DNA from: Candidatus Bathyarchaeota archaeon
Lineage (GTDB): Archaea > Thermoproteota > Bathyarchaeia > Bathyarchaeales > Bathycorpusculaceae
NCBI GenBank assembly: GCA_963815095.1
Contig: CAWFFH010000003.1
Span: 672,001-736,000, forward strand
Length of the DNA stretch: 64,000 nt
Reading direction: 5' to 3'
A program made the position numbers and the translations under genes. The number at the start of each line of letters is the position of its first letter. The stretch's first letter is position 1. Below are positions 38,207 through 47,520 of the stretch, one piece after another. The notes under the pieces were generated by a model, which was given only the letters and a program-made list of their open reading frames with translations, ran no database searches and had not been told where the DNA came from.

Positions 38207-39451
38207 TCAGAACCTGTTCATTTTGATTAGAAAATCAACTTCTTCGGGCGTAAACTTGAAGTATTCAGCGAGCGGAGCTGCGTTTGGTTTCTGCAAAAGC
38301 ATCTTCACGAAAGGAACAAAATCGCGTTTTGCCGTCGCGTGGGAAACGTGGCATTGGGCTCCTATTTTGCCGCAGATCCCGTCGAGCATGGTTCTTTTGC
38401 CCTTGGTCCAGAATAGTGTGATGATGCGGATTGGCGGCGTAATCAGCGTGAAGGGTTTGGAGGATTCTGGGTTAACAGCAGCCGCTTGTGAGAGGGAATT
38501 GAAGAAGTATTTTAGTAGATGCCAGTTTTCTGTTCCGATTCTGCCGCGGAAAACGTCAGCTTGCGAAATAAAATCGTATGCGGCTGCAAGCTCCGTTGGG
38601 TCGGTGTACCTTTTGGGGAGGTTGTCGCTTACAGATAGCAGGAAATCGTCGTAGTCGATGCTTGAGTAGCTGAGCAGGCTGGATGCTTCGGCGATGGATT
38701 TTGTCGTGAAGTACCCTCTGAGGGTGTCATCCATGCTGATGTCCTTGTTTCTTGAACTCAAAAGCACTGTGTCCTGCAATGTCAAATTATGCGTTCCTTC
38801 GCTGAGGCTTTGCAGGTCATTTATGGCTGAGCGGATGTCGCCTCGGCTGTTCTCGGCAATTCTCTCCAGCGCCTCAAACTCCGCTTTCACATGTTCCAAC
38901 AGGCATATTTTTTGCAGAAGCGCGATTACCAGTGGGATGCGTATTTGCTGGAAACGTATGAGTAGGCACACTTTCTTTAGCGGACGCAGTTTATCCGCGT
39001 CGGGGTCGTTGGCGGCCATTATGACTGGGGTGCGTGCTTCCTCGACGATTTTGATGATTGCGCCCACGCCGCCGCGGTCTTCGTTGCCTGCGATGCCGTC
39101 CACTTCGTCGAGGAACAGAATGTTACCTTTACCCTTGGCTTGGGTTGGGCCAGAAAAATTATCCAAAGCCACATACGACGTGGCAGGTTTAGCGACGGCG
39201 TTTATGGCTTTTTCTGAGCGGGTGTCGCTGGCGTTCATCTCGATGATGGTGAAGTCGAATTCTCTTGCGGCAGCGTTAGCCAATGCGGTTTTTCCCACAC
39301 CAGGCGGTCCATAGAGCAGCACGGCTTTTTTGCTTTTGCGTTTGCTTTTAAGCCACTCGACAAAGGATGCTTTAGCTTCTTCGTTGCCAACGATGTCTTC
39401 TATCTTTTTTGGGCGATACTTTTCAACCCATAAAAGATCATTTCGCAGCAT
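38207..39451 (-). CDS. rfcL: Replication factor C large subunit
   Basis: WVEKYRP, GPPGVGKT, EMNASD, FLDEVDG and GDIRSAINDLQ. Confidence 0.95.
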   Translation of the reverse strand: MLRNDLLWVEKYRPKKIEDIVGNEEAKASFVEWLKSKRKSKKAVLLYGPPGVGKTALANAAAREFDFTIIEMNASDTRSEKAINAVAKPATSYVALDNFSGPTQAKGKGNILFLDEVDGIAGNEDRGGVGAIIKIVEEARTPVIMAANDPDADKLRPLKKVCLLIRFQQIRIPLVIALLQKICLLEHVKAEFEALERIAENSRGDIRSAINDLQSLSEGTHNLTLQDTVLLSSRNKDISMDDTLRGYFTTKSIAEASSLLSYSSIDYDDFLLSVSDNLPKRYTDPTELAAAYDFISQADVFRGRIGTENWHLLKYFFNSLSQAAAVNPESSKPFTLITPPIRIITLFWTKGKRTMLDGICGKIGAQCHVSHATAKRDFVPFVKMLLQKPNAAPLAEYFKFTPEEVDFLIKMNRF

Positions 39452-40445
39452 AATTTTCCTCTACATGTTTCCCAAATTTGGCAAACTGAGCCAATAACGC
39501 GCTTAGCTGGATGTCGCTGTTGGCGCCCTGCGTTAGGCGGTAATCGTATTCGCCGATGATGTTTGATATTTCAGCTTTTTGCTCGGGCGTTAAATCGGAC
39601 ATCTTGAAAATTTCCCGTTGAACTTGGCGGATGATTTCATTGCCTGAGAAGCCAAACGACCCCATTATTTCATACATGGTTTTCCGTGCCTCGATGAAGT
39701 CGCCGTAGAGTGCTTTGCGAATCATCTTTTGGACTTGCATGGGGCTTGCTTCGCCTATGACCAGCGAAACCGTCTTTTCATCCACACAATTCGGTTTGTA
39801 CGCCGACGCTGTCTGCAACGCGTTTATGGCGTGCCTTAGGTCGCCTTCGGAGTAATCCACAATTCTCTCCGCAGCTTCAGGCTGAAGGGTGATGTTTTCT
39901 TTTTTGGCGATGCATTGAAGCTGGTCTTTCATGGCTTGTTTGTCCAGTCGTGAGAAGCGGAAGATGGCGCAACGGCTTTGGATCGGCTCGATGATTTTAC
40001 TGGATTGGTTACAAATTAGGACGAATCTGGATGTGCGGCTGCTTGTTTCCATTATGCGTCTTAGTGCAGTTTGGGCGGGTCCAGTCATCTGGTCACACTC
40101 ATCCAAAATGATAAGTGCAAATGGGATGTCGCCAAAACCAGATCGGCTGTAACGTGAGAAATCTTTGATTCGATCGCGAACGGTGTCGATGCCTCTCTCG
40201 TCAGAAGCGTTGAGTTCTAAGGTAAAGTTTCTCCAGTTTGCCCCATACAATTCATGGGCTATAGCAAGGGCGATGGTGGTTTTTCCCGTGCCTGGAATCC
40301 CAGCCAGCATCAAGTGCGGCATTGTTTTTGGGTTGCGCATGAACGCTTTGAGACTATCAGTGATATCTTTTAAGCCCACGACGTCGTCGAGGGTTTTAGG
40401 TCGGTACTTCTCGACCCACATAAGTGCTTCTTCATTAACGGACAT
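39438..40445 (-). CDS. rfcS: Replication factor C small subunit
   Basis: WVEKYRP, ELNASDERG, QTALRR and the SRC motif. Confidence 0.97.
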   Translation of the reverse strand: MSVNEEALMWVEKYRPKTLDDVVGLKDITDSLKAFMRNPKTMPHLMLAGIPGTGKTTIALAIAHELYGANWRNFTLELNASDERGIDTVRDRIKDFSRYSRSGFGDIPFALIILDECDQMTGPAQTALRRIMETSSRTSRFVLICNQSSKIIEPIQSRCAIFRFSRLDKQAMKDQLQCIAKKENITLQPEAAERIVDYSEGDLRHAINALQTASAYKPNCVDEKTVSLVIGEASPMQVQKMIRKALYGDFIEARKTMYEIMGSFGFSGNEIIRQVQREIFKMSDLTPEQKAEISNIIGEYDYRLTQGANSDIQLSALLAQFAKFGKHVEENYAAK

Positions 40446-40531
40446 AAGTTAACCTTCCACAATAAATTACAATGACTCACTATAATTACTATTTTATCTT
40501 TCTCTAGCATTAAAGAGGGACTCGAGCTGGA

Positions 40532-40891
40532 TTAGCCGATTTTGCTGCCTTCAGCTATGTCTTTTTCTGGTTGCAACACGGTGACGTTGCCCGCTGCATC
40601 CTCAGCCGCTAAAATCATAGCTTGCGATTCCAACCCCGCAATCATACGCCGCTGCAAGTTGAGGAGAAACACACATTTTTTATCCACCAACTCCTCAGGC
40701 TTGTAGAATTTGAGTAATCCAGCGATACATTGGCGTTTCTCGGTTCCGAAGTCTACTTGGATTTTGAGGAGTTTCTTGGATTCGGGAACGGCGGATGCCT
40801 CGATGATTTTTCCGACTCTTAAGTCGATTTTTTCGAAGTAGTCAAATGTAATTTCTTCTGTCGGCTTATTTTCTTCTGTCATTCTTTTCAC
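40532..40891 (-). CDS. Stand-alone OB-fold tRNA-binding protein (MetRS C-terminal/Trbp111/CsaA-like)
   Basis: FEKIDLRVGKI...KLLKIQVDFG...ESQAMILAA. Confidence 0.9.
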   Translation of the reverse strand: MKRMTEENKPTEEITFDYFEKIDLRVGKIIEASAVPESKKLLKIQVDFGTEKRQCIAGLLKFYKPEELVDKKCVFLLNLQRRMIAGLESQAMILAAEDAAGNVTVLQPEKDIAEGSKIG

Positions 40892-40924
40892 GCTTAAACG
40901 TAGGTATTTCCTTTTTGGGGATAT

Positions 40925-41584
40925 TTACTTTGCCTTCTCTGCTAATTCAAGCCTAGTTTTGGTTGCCAGATTGTGTGCTTGCAGCAGCGGCTCGGGAATT
41001 CTGGTTCTCGAACAATGCCTAACAATTTTTACCGCTGTTTCAAGAGAAACCCTGTAGCCGATGCTAACATAGACGGGTTTGGCGCTTAGTTTTGTAGTGA
41101 CTACTTCACCGATAACTTCGCCCTTGTCAACAAGCAAGGTTCTGCCCTCCTTTTCCAGTTGCGTTCCGATCAGCCTGCTCTTTGCTGCCCCAATAGTCGG
41201 TTTCCCTAAAGATAGGCCAAGATGGCTGGCGAATCCGCACCTGTAAGGATGTGCCAACCCTTGTGCATCAACAAGGAAAAGGTCTGGTTGAAACTTCAAC
41301 TTTTTGATTGCTGCCATCGCAGGCGGAATTTCCCTAAACGACAGCAAGGTTGGGATATAAGGCATTTTTACTTCGCAAACTGCAATCTGCGCCTCCAAAA
41401 GTTCCAGGGACTCATAATCCATAACCGTTACTACGCCAATGCCCAAACTGCCACTATAATGAACATCCACCCCACCCACAGTTCCGATTTTCTTGGGCAA
41501 AATATCCTCTAAAATCAGCTTTTTTGAAAGGCAGACCTGTGTTTTGTGGGCTTTTTTTACAGAAAAATTCTTTGAAAGTTTCAA
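40925..41584 (-). CDS. nfi: Endonuclease V
   Basis: GGVD, PYIPTLLSFRE, VDAQGLAHP...GFASHLG and PEPL..AH. Confidence 0.95.
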   Translation of the reverse strand: MKLSKNFSVKKAHKTQVCLSKKLILEDILPKKIGTVGGVDVHYSGSLGIGVVTVMDYESLELLEAQIAVCEVKMPYIPTLLSFREIPPAMAAIKKLKFQPDLFLVDAQGLAHPYRCGFASHLGLSLGKPTIGAAKSRLIGTQLEKEGRTLLVDKGEVIGEVVTTKLSAKPVYVSIGYRVSLETAVKIVRHCSRTRIPEPLLQAHNLATKTRLELAEKAK

Positions 41585-41592
41585 TACAATTG

Positions 41593-42249
41593 TTACTCTT
41601 CTTTGGGTTTGAGCTTGACGATGTCTTTCACTGGGTCAAAGCGTTTCAGTTGGTCTTCAAGCGATTTTCTTCGAACTTCCAATGTGATGTCGCCGCGTGT
41701 GGACTCGATGATTCTTCTTGCAATGTCTGATTTGTGTCTTAGTCCCGGCACAAGCATGTAAGCCTCGTCAAGTGCTAATAATTGGATGAAGACTTCGTCC
41801 ATGATTTCGAGGCATCTTTCACCTTTTTTGACTTCGCCCTCTCGTAGATTGTCAAGTGCCAGACGCCTGTATTCACCAATAACGTCCGCTAAACCTAAAA
41901 CGTAATCGACCGAGGGCACATTAATTTCTGCTGGCGTTACAAACCGGTCTTCGTTAACTAACACTAAAAAGATGTTTGCCTCTGAATACTCTTGAAGTGC
42001 CGCGCTAAGCATGCCGCCAAAGATAATTTCAGGGTACTGTTTAGCTTGGGTTTGTAGGTTTACGATTTTTTCTTTGGCACTTGCAACCATTTCTGCTGCG
42101 TCAACGAACCTTTTCTGATGAATGAGCAGAATAGCCTGTTTAGATAGGCTGGTGGCTTTGCGCATGCTTTCATGTGTTTCCTCGCGGATTTGGTTTTTCT
42201 GCATAAGCTCAGCCTTTACTGTTTGGATAACTGTTTCGAGAGAGGACAA
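41593..42249 (-). CDS. Translin/TRAX-family protein
   Basis: All-helical protein with LQEYSEA, YVLGLADVIGEYRR and LRHKSD. Confidence 0.88.
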   Translation of the reverse strand: MSSLETVIQTVKAELMQKNQIREETHESMRKATSLSKQAILLIHQKRFVDAAEMVASAKEKIVNLQTQAKQYPEIIFGGMLSAALQEYSEANIFLVLVNEDRFVTPAEINVPSVDYVLGLADVIGEYRRLALDNLREGEVKKGERCLEIMDEVFIQLLALDEAYMLVPGLRHKSDIARRIIESTRGDITLEVRRKSLEDQLKRFDPVKDIVKLKPKEE

Positions 42250-42314
42250 AACTGCACCCGCTAGGAGTTGATGGTTTGGTTGTTTATTTCAATTTCTTAA
42301 AACCTATTGTATGC

Positions 42315-42536
42315 TTACTGGGGTTGGGTGTTTGCCCATTTCTCAACAAGTAATTTACTGTCACCCAAAGCGAAGCTTACTTTGACAAAAATTGTGTCGC
42401 CGCCTTTAAATGGGAACATGCTGTCTTCCGCTAAGTCTTTAGGTAAATAGACTAAGTATTTGCCGTCTTTTCTCCGAAAGAGCCTTCCTTTTCCCTCGCT
42501 TACCACAGCATGCAACCGCTTGATTGAACAAGGCAA
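42315..42536 (-). CDS. Small hypothetical protein, possibly AbrB-like swapped hairpin
   Basis: GRLFRRKDGKYLVYLPKDLAED..FPF.GGD. The true start is probably the GTG near 42507. Confidence 0.6.
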   Translation of the reverse strand: MPCSIKRLHAVVSEGKGRLFRRKDGKYLVYLPKDLAEDSMFPFKGGDTIFVKVSFALGDSKLLVEKWANTQPQ

Positions 42537-42688
42537 AAATTAAGTATTTAAATTTATCCAACTCGAGAATATTCATATTTGGAGCCTAATAACCAATAAT
42601 CGCAGAAACTCAAGAAGGTCAGACGCCCTAAGAAGAGTAGGTCTTATTGGAGTTTAAGTGCCAATAATATGTTGAAAGTAAGGGGACT

Positions 42689-43660
42689 TTAACTGGTTCC
42701 AAACTGAATCGGCTCTTTTAGCTTACTTAGCAAAACAACTCGACTCTCTGGCGCTTCATTGATGATCCTATACCCTGTCTTTTCCGCTAGTTGGGCTGAA
42801 AAATCTTTGACTTCATCATGCATTGGCATCCGATCAAAGCCCAAACGCAGATTTGAAAAGCCAATATGCATGTATGCTTTCGCTTCAATGTAGGTTGGAT
42901 TAGCTTTCTCAATAATCTTAGCATACTCCTCAGCCGAGCCCATGTTGTGTCCTTTGACCAGCGTTGTGCGGATCACGGTTGGGCAACGGAAACTCTGCAG
43001 TAAACCCAGCGTTTCGTTCACTTTTGCCCACGCGTTCGGGAAAAGGGGTCGGCAAACTTGTTTGTAAATCTGCTCGTTGGGTGCGCAAAGTGAAATGTAT
43101 AGTTGGGTGGGTTCTTGGCTTAGCTTTGAAAGTTTGGTTGGTAGTGTGCCGTTTGAAACAAGGAATGTGGTTAAGCCTTTTTGGTGGAAAGTGCGGATAA
43201 GCTCACCCAGAGGCTCATAGAGAGTTGGTTCACCTGTCAAACTAATCGCCACTTGTTTGGGCCTTTGGGCCTCTTGGAGCTTTCGCCAATCTGCCTTCTC
43301 ATTCCCCTTATAGCCGGTCAAAATTTTTTCTTGCGCCCTAAAACAGCCCTCAACGATTTCTTCGGGAGTATCTTTGCTTGGGCTTTTCATCTCATCCCAC
43401 GTCACCTCTAAATCTCCACTTTGCGCCCTCCAACAAAACAGGCATTGCTGGGTACATGAGTAAAGTGAAGGCGTCATCTGTATGCATCGGTGCGATTGAA
43501 TGCCGTAAAACTTTTGTTTATAACATGATCTTCCATTTACAATTGATTCGTAGAGCCATTTGCATCTTTTTACCGCTGAATGGCTACCGATTGAATGATA
43601 TTTTTGCTTCTTAAGCGCGGCCAAAAGCGGAGATGCAGATTGATTTTCCAATTCATACAC
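42689..43660 (-). CDS. taw1: 4-demethylwyosine synthase TYW1/Taw1 (radical SAM)
   Basis: HSAVKRCKW, CYKQKFYGI.SHRC, CxxxCxxC (CTQQCLFC) and SLTGEPTLY. Confidence 0.95.
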   Translation of the reverse strand: MYELENQSASPLLAALKKQKYHSIGSHSAVKRCKWLYESIVNGRSCYKQKFYGIQSHRCIQMTPSLYSCTQQCLFCWRAQSGDLEVTWDEMKSPSKDTPEEIVEGCFRAQEKILTGYKGNEKADWRKLQEAQRPKQVAISLTGEPTLYEPLGELIRTFHQKGLTTFLVSNGTLPTKLSKLSQEPTQLYISLCAPNEQIYKQVCRPLFPNAWAKVNETLGLLQSFRCPTVIRTTLVKGHNMGSAEEYAKIIEKANPTYIEAKAYMHIGFSNLRLGFDRMPMHDEVKDFSAQLAEKTGYRIINEAPESRVVLLSKLKEPIQFGTS

Positions 43661-43845
43661 CGGTTTTCAGTAACATTAAAAAAGCGTCTTTTAAAAATCC
43701 CTATGCCTCAAAGAGGTTTTTTGAATGGAGCCACTTTTAAGCTGTTTTATCATAAATGCATCATGTTAGGGGTTTAAAAGGTAAAGTTTAAAATCAACTC
43801 TTAGTTAAATCATGAGCATCAAGTGATTAGCCCATCTATTTAGGA

Positions 43846-45939
43846 GTGCTGAGTGGTTTGAACAAGAAAATTATTGCAGTTTCCATCCTATTCCTTATGG
43901 CGTTTGCCGCAGTGTATGCGCCTCTTCAAGTTTACGCGCAGAACACCAATCTTGGCGTAAGCATTATCCTAGTAAACCCTAGCACCTCCACCGGACCAGT
44001 GGGAACTGCCGTTAACGTTCAGGGAACAATCTACGTTTCTAATGGAACCTACCAAGTTGTTCTTGGCCAAACCGTAGTTGACAAGGGAATAGCTGATGGT
44101 TATTATGTTAATTCAAACTTTACGGTTCCGCAAGTTCCAAGCGGGGCTTACGCGTTAACATTAACTGACGTAGGTATCAACGTTAACTCTACTCAAACAT
44201 TTACTGTCACAACAGGCTACTCAGTAAACGCTGTTCCTTCGACAGTTCAGGAAGGAAATACCTTGGTATTAAATGCCAGCGTTACTGGCGGTCAAGCAGA
44301 AACTTCTTACAACGCAAATATCTCTGTTGTGCTTCCAAGTCCACTTGGCACGGTTTACACAAAAATAGTTTCTTTAGGTACTGCTAATGCACAAGGTTCA
44401 GCGAATGCACAAGTAACTTTTCCTGATAGCAGCTTCTTACCCAGCGGTTCCCTTACCATCTATGCAGGAACTTACACTGTTTACTTTAACCAATCTAGCT
44501 CCTTGGCGCAAAACACGTTTTCCGTGAACTTTATCGATTCAACAACATACCATAGAGGCCAAACCGTAGTCGTTCAAGCGACAGGTTACCAGCCTAACGA
44601 AGCTGCAACCCTTACCGTAAAAAGCGTTAAAACTGGTACACAAATTGGTACTTCCTCCGTAACTGCTTCCGCTAATGGCGTAATCAGCACAAGCTGGGTT
44701 GTTCCCTCAACCGCCGACGTCGGTGACTACACCATAGCAATAGCCCCTCAAAATACTCCAAAAGCAGTAGCAGATTCAGAAACCTTCAATGTTCCAGGAT
44801 ACGCTATTTCAGTTCACACAACCAATTTAGCAGGCGAAGTAGTTCCTGATATAGCGGTTCAGGTTATAGATGGATCAACTGGAGCAATCTATAATGCTGT
44901 TAGTGATTCGAATGGTCTTTCAAACTTTAATCTCGAAAAAGGTCCTCAAGGTCTGACTGCTTCTTGGAATGGCGTTAATGTTGGGACAACAAACATAACC
45001 GTTAGCGCAGACGCTACAGTTACCCTGCTGTGCCAGTTAACTGACATCAAGATGACGGTCAAAAACACTGAAGGGATTGTAATGCCCTTTGTTACCTTAA
45101 ACGTGGTGTACCAGTATCAAAGTGGCGGTAGCACCAAAACTGGGAACGCCACTGCAATAACCGATTCTTCAGGAAGCTTCACATTAAACTCAACCTTAGC
45201 AATAGCAAGTTACGCGATTGATGCGTCAGTATATAATGAAATATTCAACGCAGGCAATAACACAGTCAGTAACCTTCCAACAGTGGCAACTGCACAAGTA
45301 TTCATTATTTGTCCAAGCGAGACTCTAACCCTCAACGTGGTCGGTTACAATCAAGCGGCACTATCCGGTGCTCGCATAGAACTAGTTGAATTATCTAATG
45401 GCTTGTTCTATTCTGTCACAACTGACAACAGCGGTTCAGCTTCAACTCAAGCTACTTTCGGAATGTATCGAGCAAGAGTCTACGTTGGTAATACCTTGAT
45501 TAATCAAACAAATCTGCAAGTTTTCAGTAACAGCCAACAGCAAATCCGTTGTACCCTCTATGGAATTCAGCTTTCAGTAAAAGTTGTCGACTTCTTTGGT
45601 ACCCCAATCTCAAACGTCAATGTTACGCTTAACGGCCCAGAAAAAGTCTCAATTACTACCCGAAGCGATGGATCAGCCACGTTCAACAACATCGTTGGCG
45701 GCAACATACAAATAATCGCTCAAGCTTCCGGAGCACAAGATGCGTACCAAGCCACAACCTTAACTGTTAACCAGCCAACTTCCGTGCAGATAAAAATCGA
45801 CAAATACGTTGCTCTTGGATCATTGTTGGTTCCAACAAGTTTACTCATCTCAATGCTGATAGTGCTTGTAGCCATAATCTTGTTTGTTATAGTGGAAGTA
45901 ATTAGGCGAACAAGAGCTAAACGTGCCGTTGCAACCTAA
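43846..45939 (+). CDS. Cell-surface glycoprotein with repeated beta-sandwich (carboxypeptidase-regulatory-like) domains
   Basis: Signal peptide (..VYA/Q), Ser/Thr/Asn-rich with many NxS/T sequons, repeated GAxVEL/TDxxG patterns, and a C-terminal TM followed by RRTRAKR. Confidence 0.82.
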   Translation: MLSGLNKKIIAVSILFLMAFAAVYAPLQVYAQNTNLGVSIILVNPSTSTGPVGTAVNVQGTIYVSNGTYQVVLGQTVVDKGIADGYYVNSNFTVPQVPSGAYALTLTDVGINVNSTQTFTVTTGYSVNAVPSTVQEGNTLVLNASVTGGQAETSYNANISVVLPSPLGTVYTKIVSLGTANAQGSANAQVTFPDSSFLPSGSLTIYAGTYTVYFNQSSSLAQNTFSVNFIDSTTYHRGQTVVVQATGYQPNEAATLTVKSVKTGTQIGTSSVTASANGVISTSWVVPSTADVGDYTIAIAPQNTPKAVADSETFNVPGYAISVHTTNLAGEVVPDIAVQVIDGSTGAIYNAVSDSNGLSNFNLEKGPQGLTASWNGVNVGTTNITVSADATVTLLCQLTDIKMTVKNTEGIVMPFVTLNVVYQYQSGGSTKTGNATAITDSSGSFTLNSTLAIASYAIDASVYNEIFNAGNNTVSNLPTVATAQVFIICPSETLTLNVVGYNQAALSGARIELVELSNGLFYSVTTDNSGSASTQATFGMYRARVYVGNTLINQTNLQVFSNSQQQIRCTLYGIQLSVKVVDFFGTPISNVNVTLNGPEKVSITTRSDGSATFNNIVGGNIQIIAQASGAQDAYQATTLTVNQPTSVQIKIDKYVALGSLLVPTSLLISMLIVLVAIILFVIVEVIRRTRAKRAVAT

Positions 45940-46047
45940 ATTTAGCCTTTTATTAGAAAAAAGTTTATATGGTTTCCAAATCATCTAAAGAAAACTAAGG
46001 ACCATAACAAAACACAATATTTTGATTCGACAATTGAGGTATATCTG

Positions 46048-46335
46048 TTGGCTCAATCAAAAGCTTGTTCTCCAGCATGTCAATCTTTTAAATGTGCAAA
46101 AAACTCCCTCTTATACAGACGGGACTCTATTTGGTGCAAAGAAACCGAAGAACAGTGCAACGTCGCAAAATGCACTTATTCAATGTGCATGAAAAGACGA
46201 ATGCTACCTGAAGGAATCTGCGGCGAGACAGTTAAGCGACAAACTGTTGAGAAAGACGTCGACGACTTCTTTGATGATTCAGTAAAAATAAAAGGTAAAG
46301 CACTGCGCAAACTTGGAGACCAAGACTTCTATTAA
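46048..46335 (+). CDS. Cys-rich hypothetical protein
   Basis: Eight Cys in the N-terminal ~60 aa. TTG start after GAGGT. Confidence 0.7.
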   Translation: MAQSKACSPACQSFKCAKNSLLYRRDSIWCKETEEQCNVAKCTYSMCMKRRMLPEGICGETVKRQTVEKDVDDFFDDSVKIKGKALRKLGDQDFY

Positions 46336-46356
46336 AAATAAAGGTTAAAACAAATT

Positions 46357-46378
46357 AGCTCGTGCAAAGGCACGAGTT
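46357..46378. terminator. Hairpin between convergent genes (possible terminator)
   Basis: CTCGTGC-AAAG-GCACGAG perfect 7-bp stem at 46359-46376. Confidence 0.5.
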
Positions 46379-46385
46379 TCCCAGT

Positions 46386-46547
46386 CTATTTAGATTTAAC
46401 CCGTTTAACTACTGGCGGCTTAACCTTCTTTAGAATCCTGTAACCACAAATAATGCATTTGGTTTCTCCGCCACGTAACTCTAATTCTTCAGAGGGGACT
46501 CTTGAGCCGCATCTCATGCATTCATAAACAATTCCAGATTTTTCCAT
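46386..46547 (-). CDS. rpoP: RNA polymerase subunit Rpo12 (RpoP)
   Basis: YECMRCG...KCIICGYRILKKVKPP. Start moved to the ATG at 46547. Confidence 0.93.
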   Translation of the reverse strand: MEKSGIVYECMRCGSRVPSEELELRGGETKCIICGYRILKKVKPPVVKRVKSK

Positions 46548-46624
46548 TGGGAACGCCTGTCGTACAAAGAAAAGCATTTTACTTTTAAACATTTCCAATA
46601 ATTGCTGATAATGAGGATGAATAG

Positions 46625-47485
46625 TTGAGAAAACGACTCCGCGACAAGCTTTCAGAGGCACTTCCGCCCGAACAGTTACGGAAAGTTTACAATTCTTTTG
46701 ATGTCATAGGCGACATAGCTATTATCAAACACAACAATATCCAAAACCCTGAAGCTTTAGCGAAACAGATCATGACTGTCAACGGGAACATAAAAACTGT
46801 TTTTACCCCAATTACTCGCATCGCTGGAGATTTTAGAGTTAGAAAGTTAAAGCTTTTGGCGGGAGAAAACAAAACTATCACAATTCATAAGGAATCAGAA
46901 TGCACTTTTAGGGTTGATGTTGAGAAATGCTATTTTTCACCTAGATTATCGTTTGAGCACAAACGTATCGCAGGACAAGTTAAGTCAGGCGAGGTGATTG
47001 TTAACATGTTTGCAGGGGTCGGATGCTTTAGTATACTCATAGCTAAGGCTCAGCCGCAAAGCAAGGTTTATTCGATTGATATTAACCCAACCGCAGTTGA
47101 ATGTATGGAAGAGAACATTAGAGTCAACGAAGTAGCCGGTCGGGTTTTTCCGTTGCTGGGTGATGCAAAAGACATAATTCAAGCCCAATTGCAAGGCAGT
47201 GCTGACCGTGTGCTGATGCCTCTGCCCGAAAAAGCCCTCGAGTACCTACCCTACGCCCTGTCAGCGCTCAAAAGAACAGGCGGCTGGTTGCATTATTACG
47301 ACTTCCAACATGCTCCTGGAAAAGAAGATCCTGCAGAGAAAACCAAACTAAAAGTTGCTCAAAAACTCGATGCCTTAGGTGTAAGGTACGAGTTTGCGAA
47401 TTCACGTATAATGCGTCCTACGGGTCCAAACTGGTACCAAACTGTTCTAGATATTCATGTAATAGCTTTGCCAAGCAAGTTTTAA
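46625..47485 (+). CDS. Trm5/Taw2-family tRNA-37 SAM-dependent methyltransferase
   Basis: FDVIGDIAI, GDFRVR, YFSPRL, MFAGVG, DINP and MPLP. Confidence 0.88.
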   Translation: MRKRLRDKLSEALPPEQLRKVYNSFDVIGDIAIIKHNNIQNPEALAKQIMTVNGNIKTVFTPITRIAGDFRVRKLKLLAGENKTITIHKESECTFRVDVEKCYFSPRLSFEHKRIAGQVKSGEVIVNMFAGVGCFSILIAKAQPQSKVYSIDINPTAVECMEENIRVNEVAGRVFPLLGDAKDIIQAQLQGSADRVLMPLPEKALEYLPYALSALKRTGGWLHYYDFQHAPGKEDPAEKTKLKVAQKLDALGVRYEFANSRIMRPTGPNWYQTVLDIHVIALPSKF

Positions 47486-47520
47486 TAAGTCAACAGGCAA
47501 TTCTAATTCGTGGAAACCCA

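Noticed and set aside
38694-39314. 206-aa ORF on the + strand, and the many other 60-155 aa ORFs nested in known genes
   Set aside because: Antisense or alternate-frame shadows of well-supported genes.
743-40445. Inteins in DP2, MCM or RFC
   Set aside because: The usual insertion motifs (KRRDCDGDED, GDPGTAKSQ, GTGKTT) are uninterrupted and protein lengths are normal.
46548-46661. N-terminal extensions in the ORF track for rpoP (also pcn, rpl44e, rpl21e)
   Set aside because: Upstream in-frame starts run through promoter DNA. Family-typical starts lie downstream.
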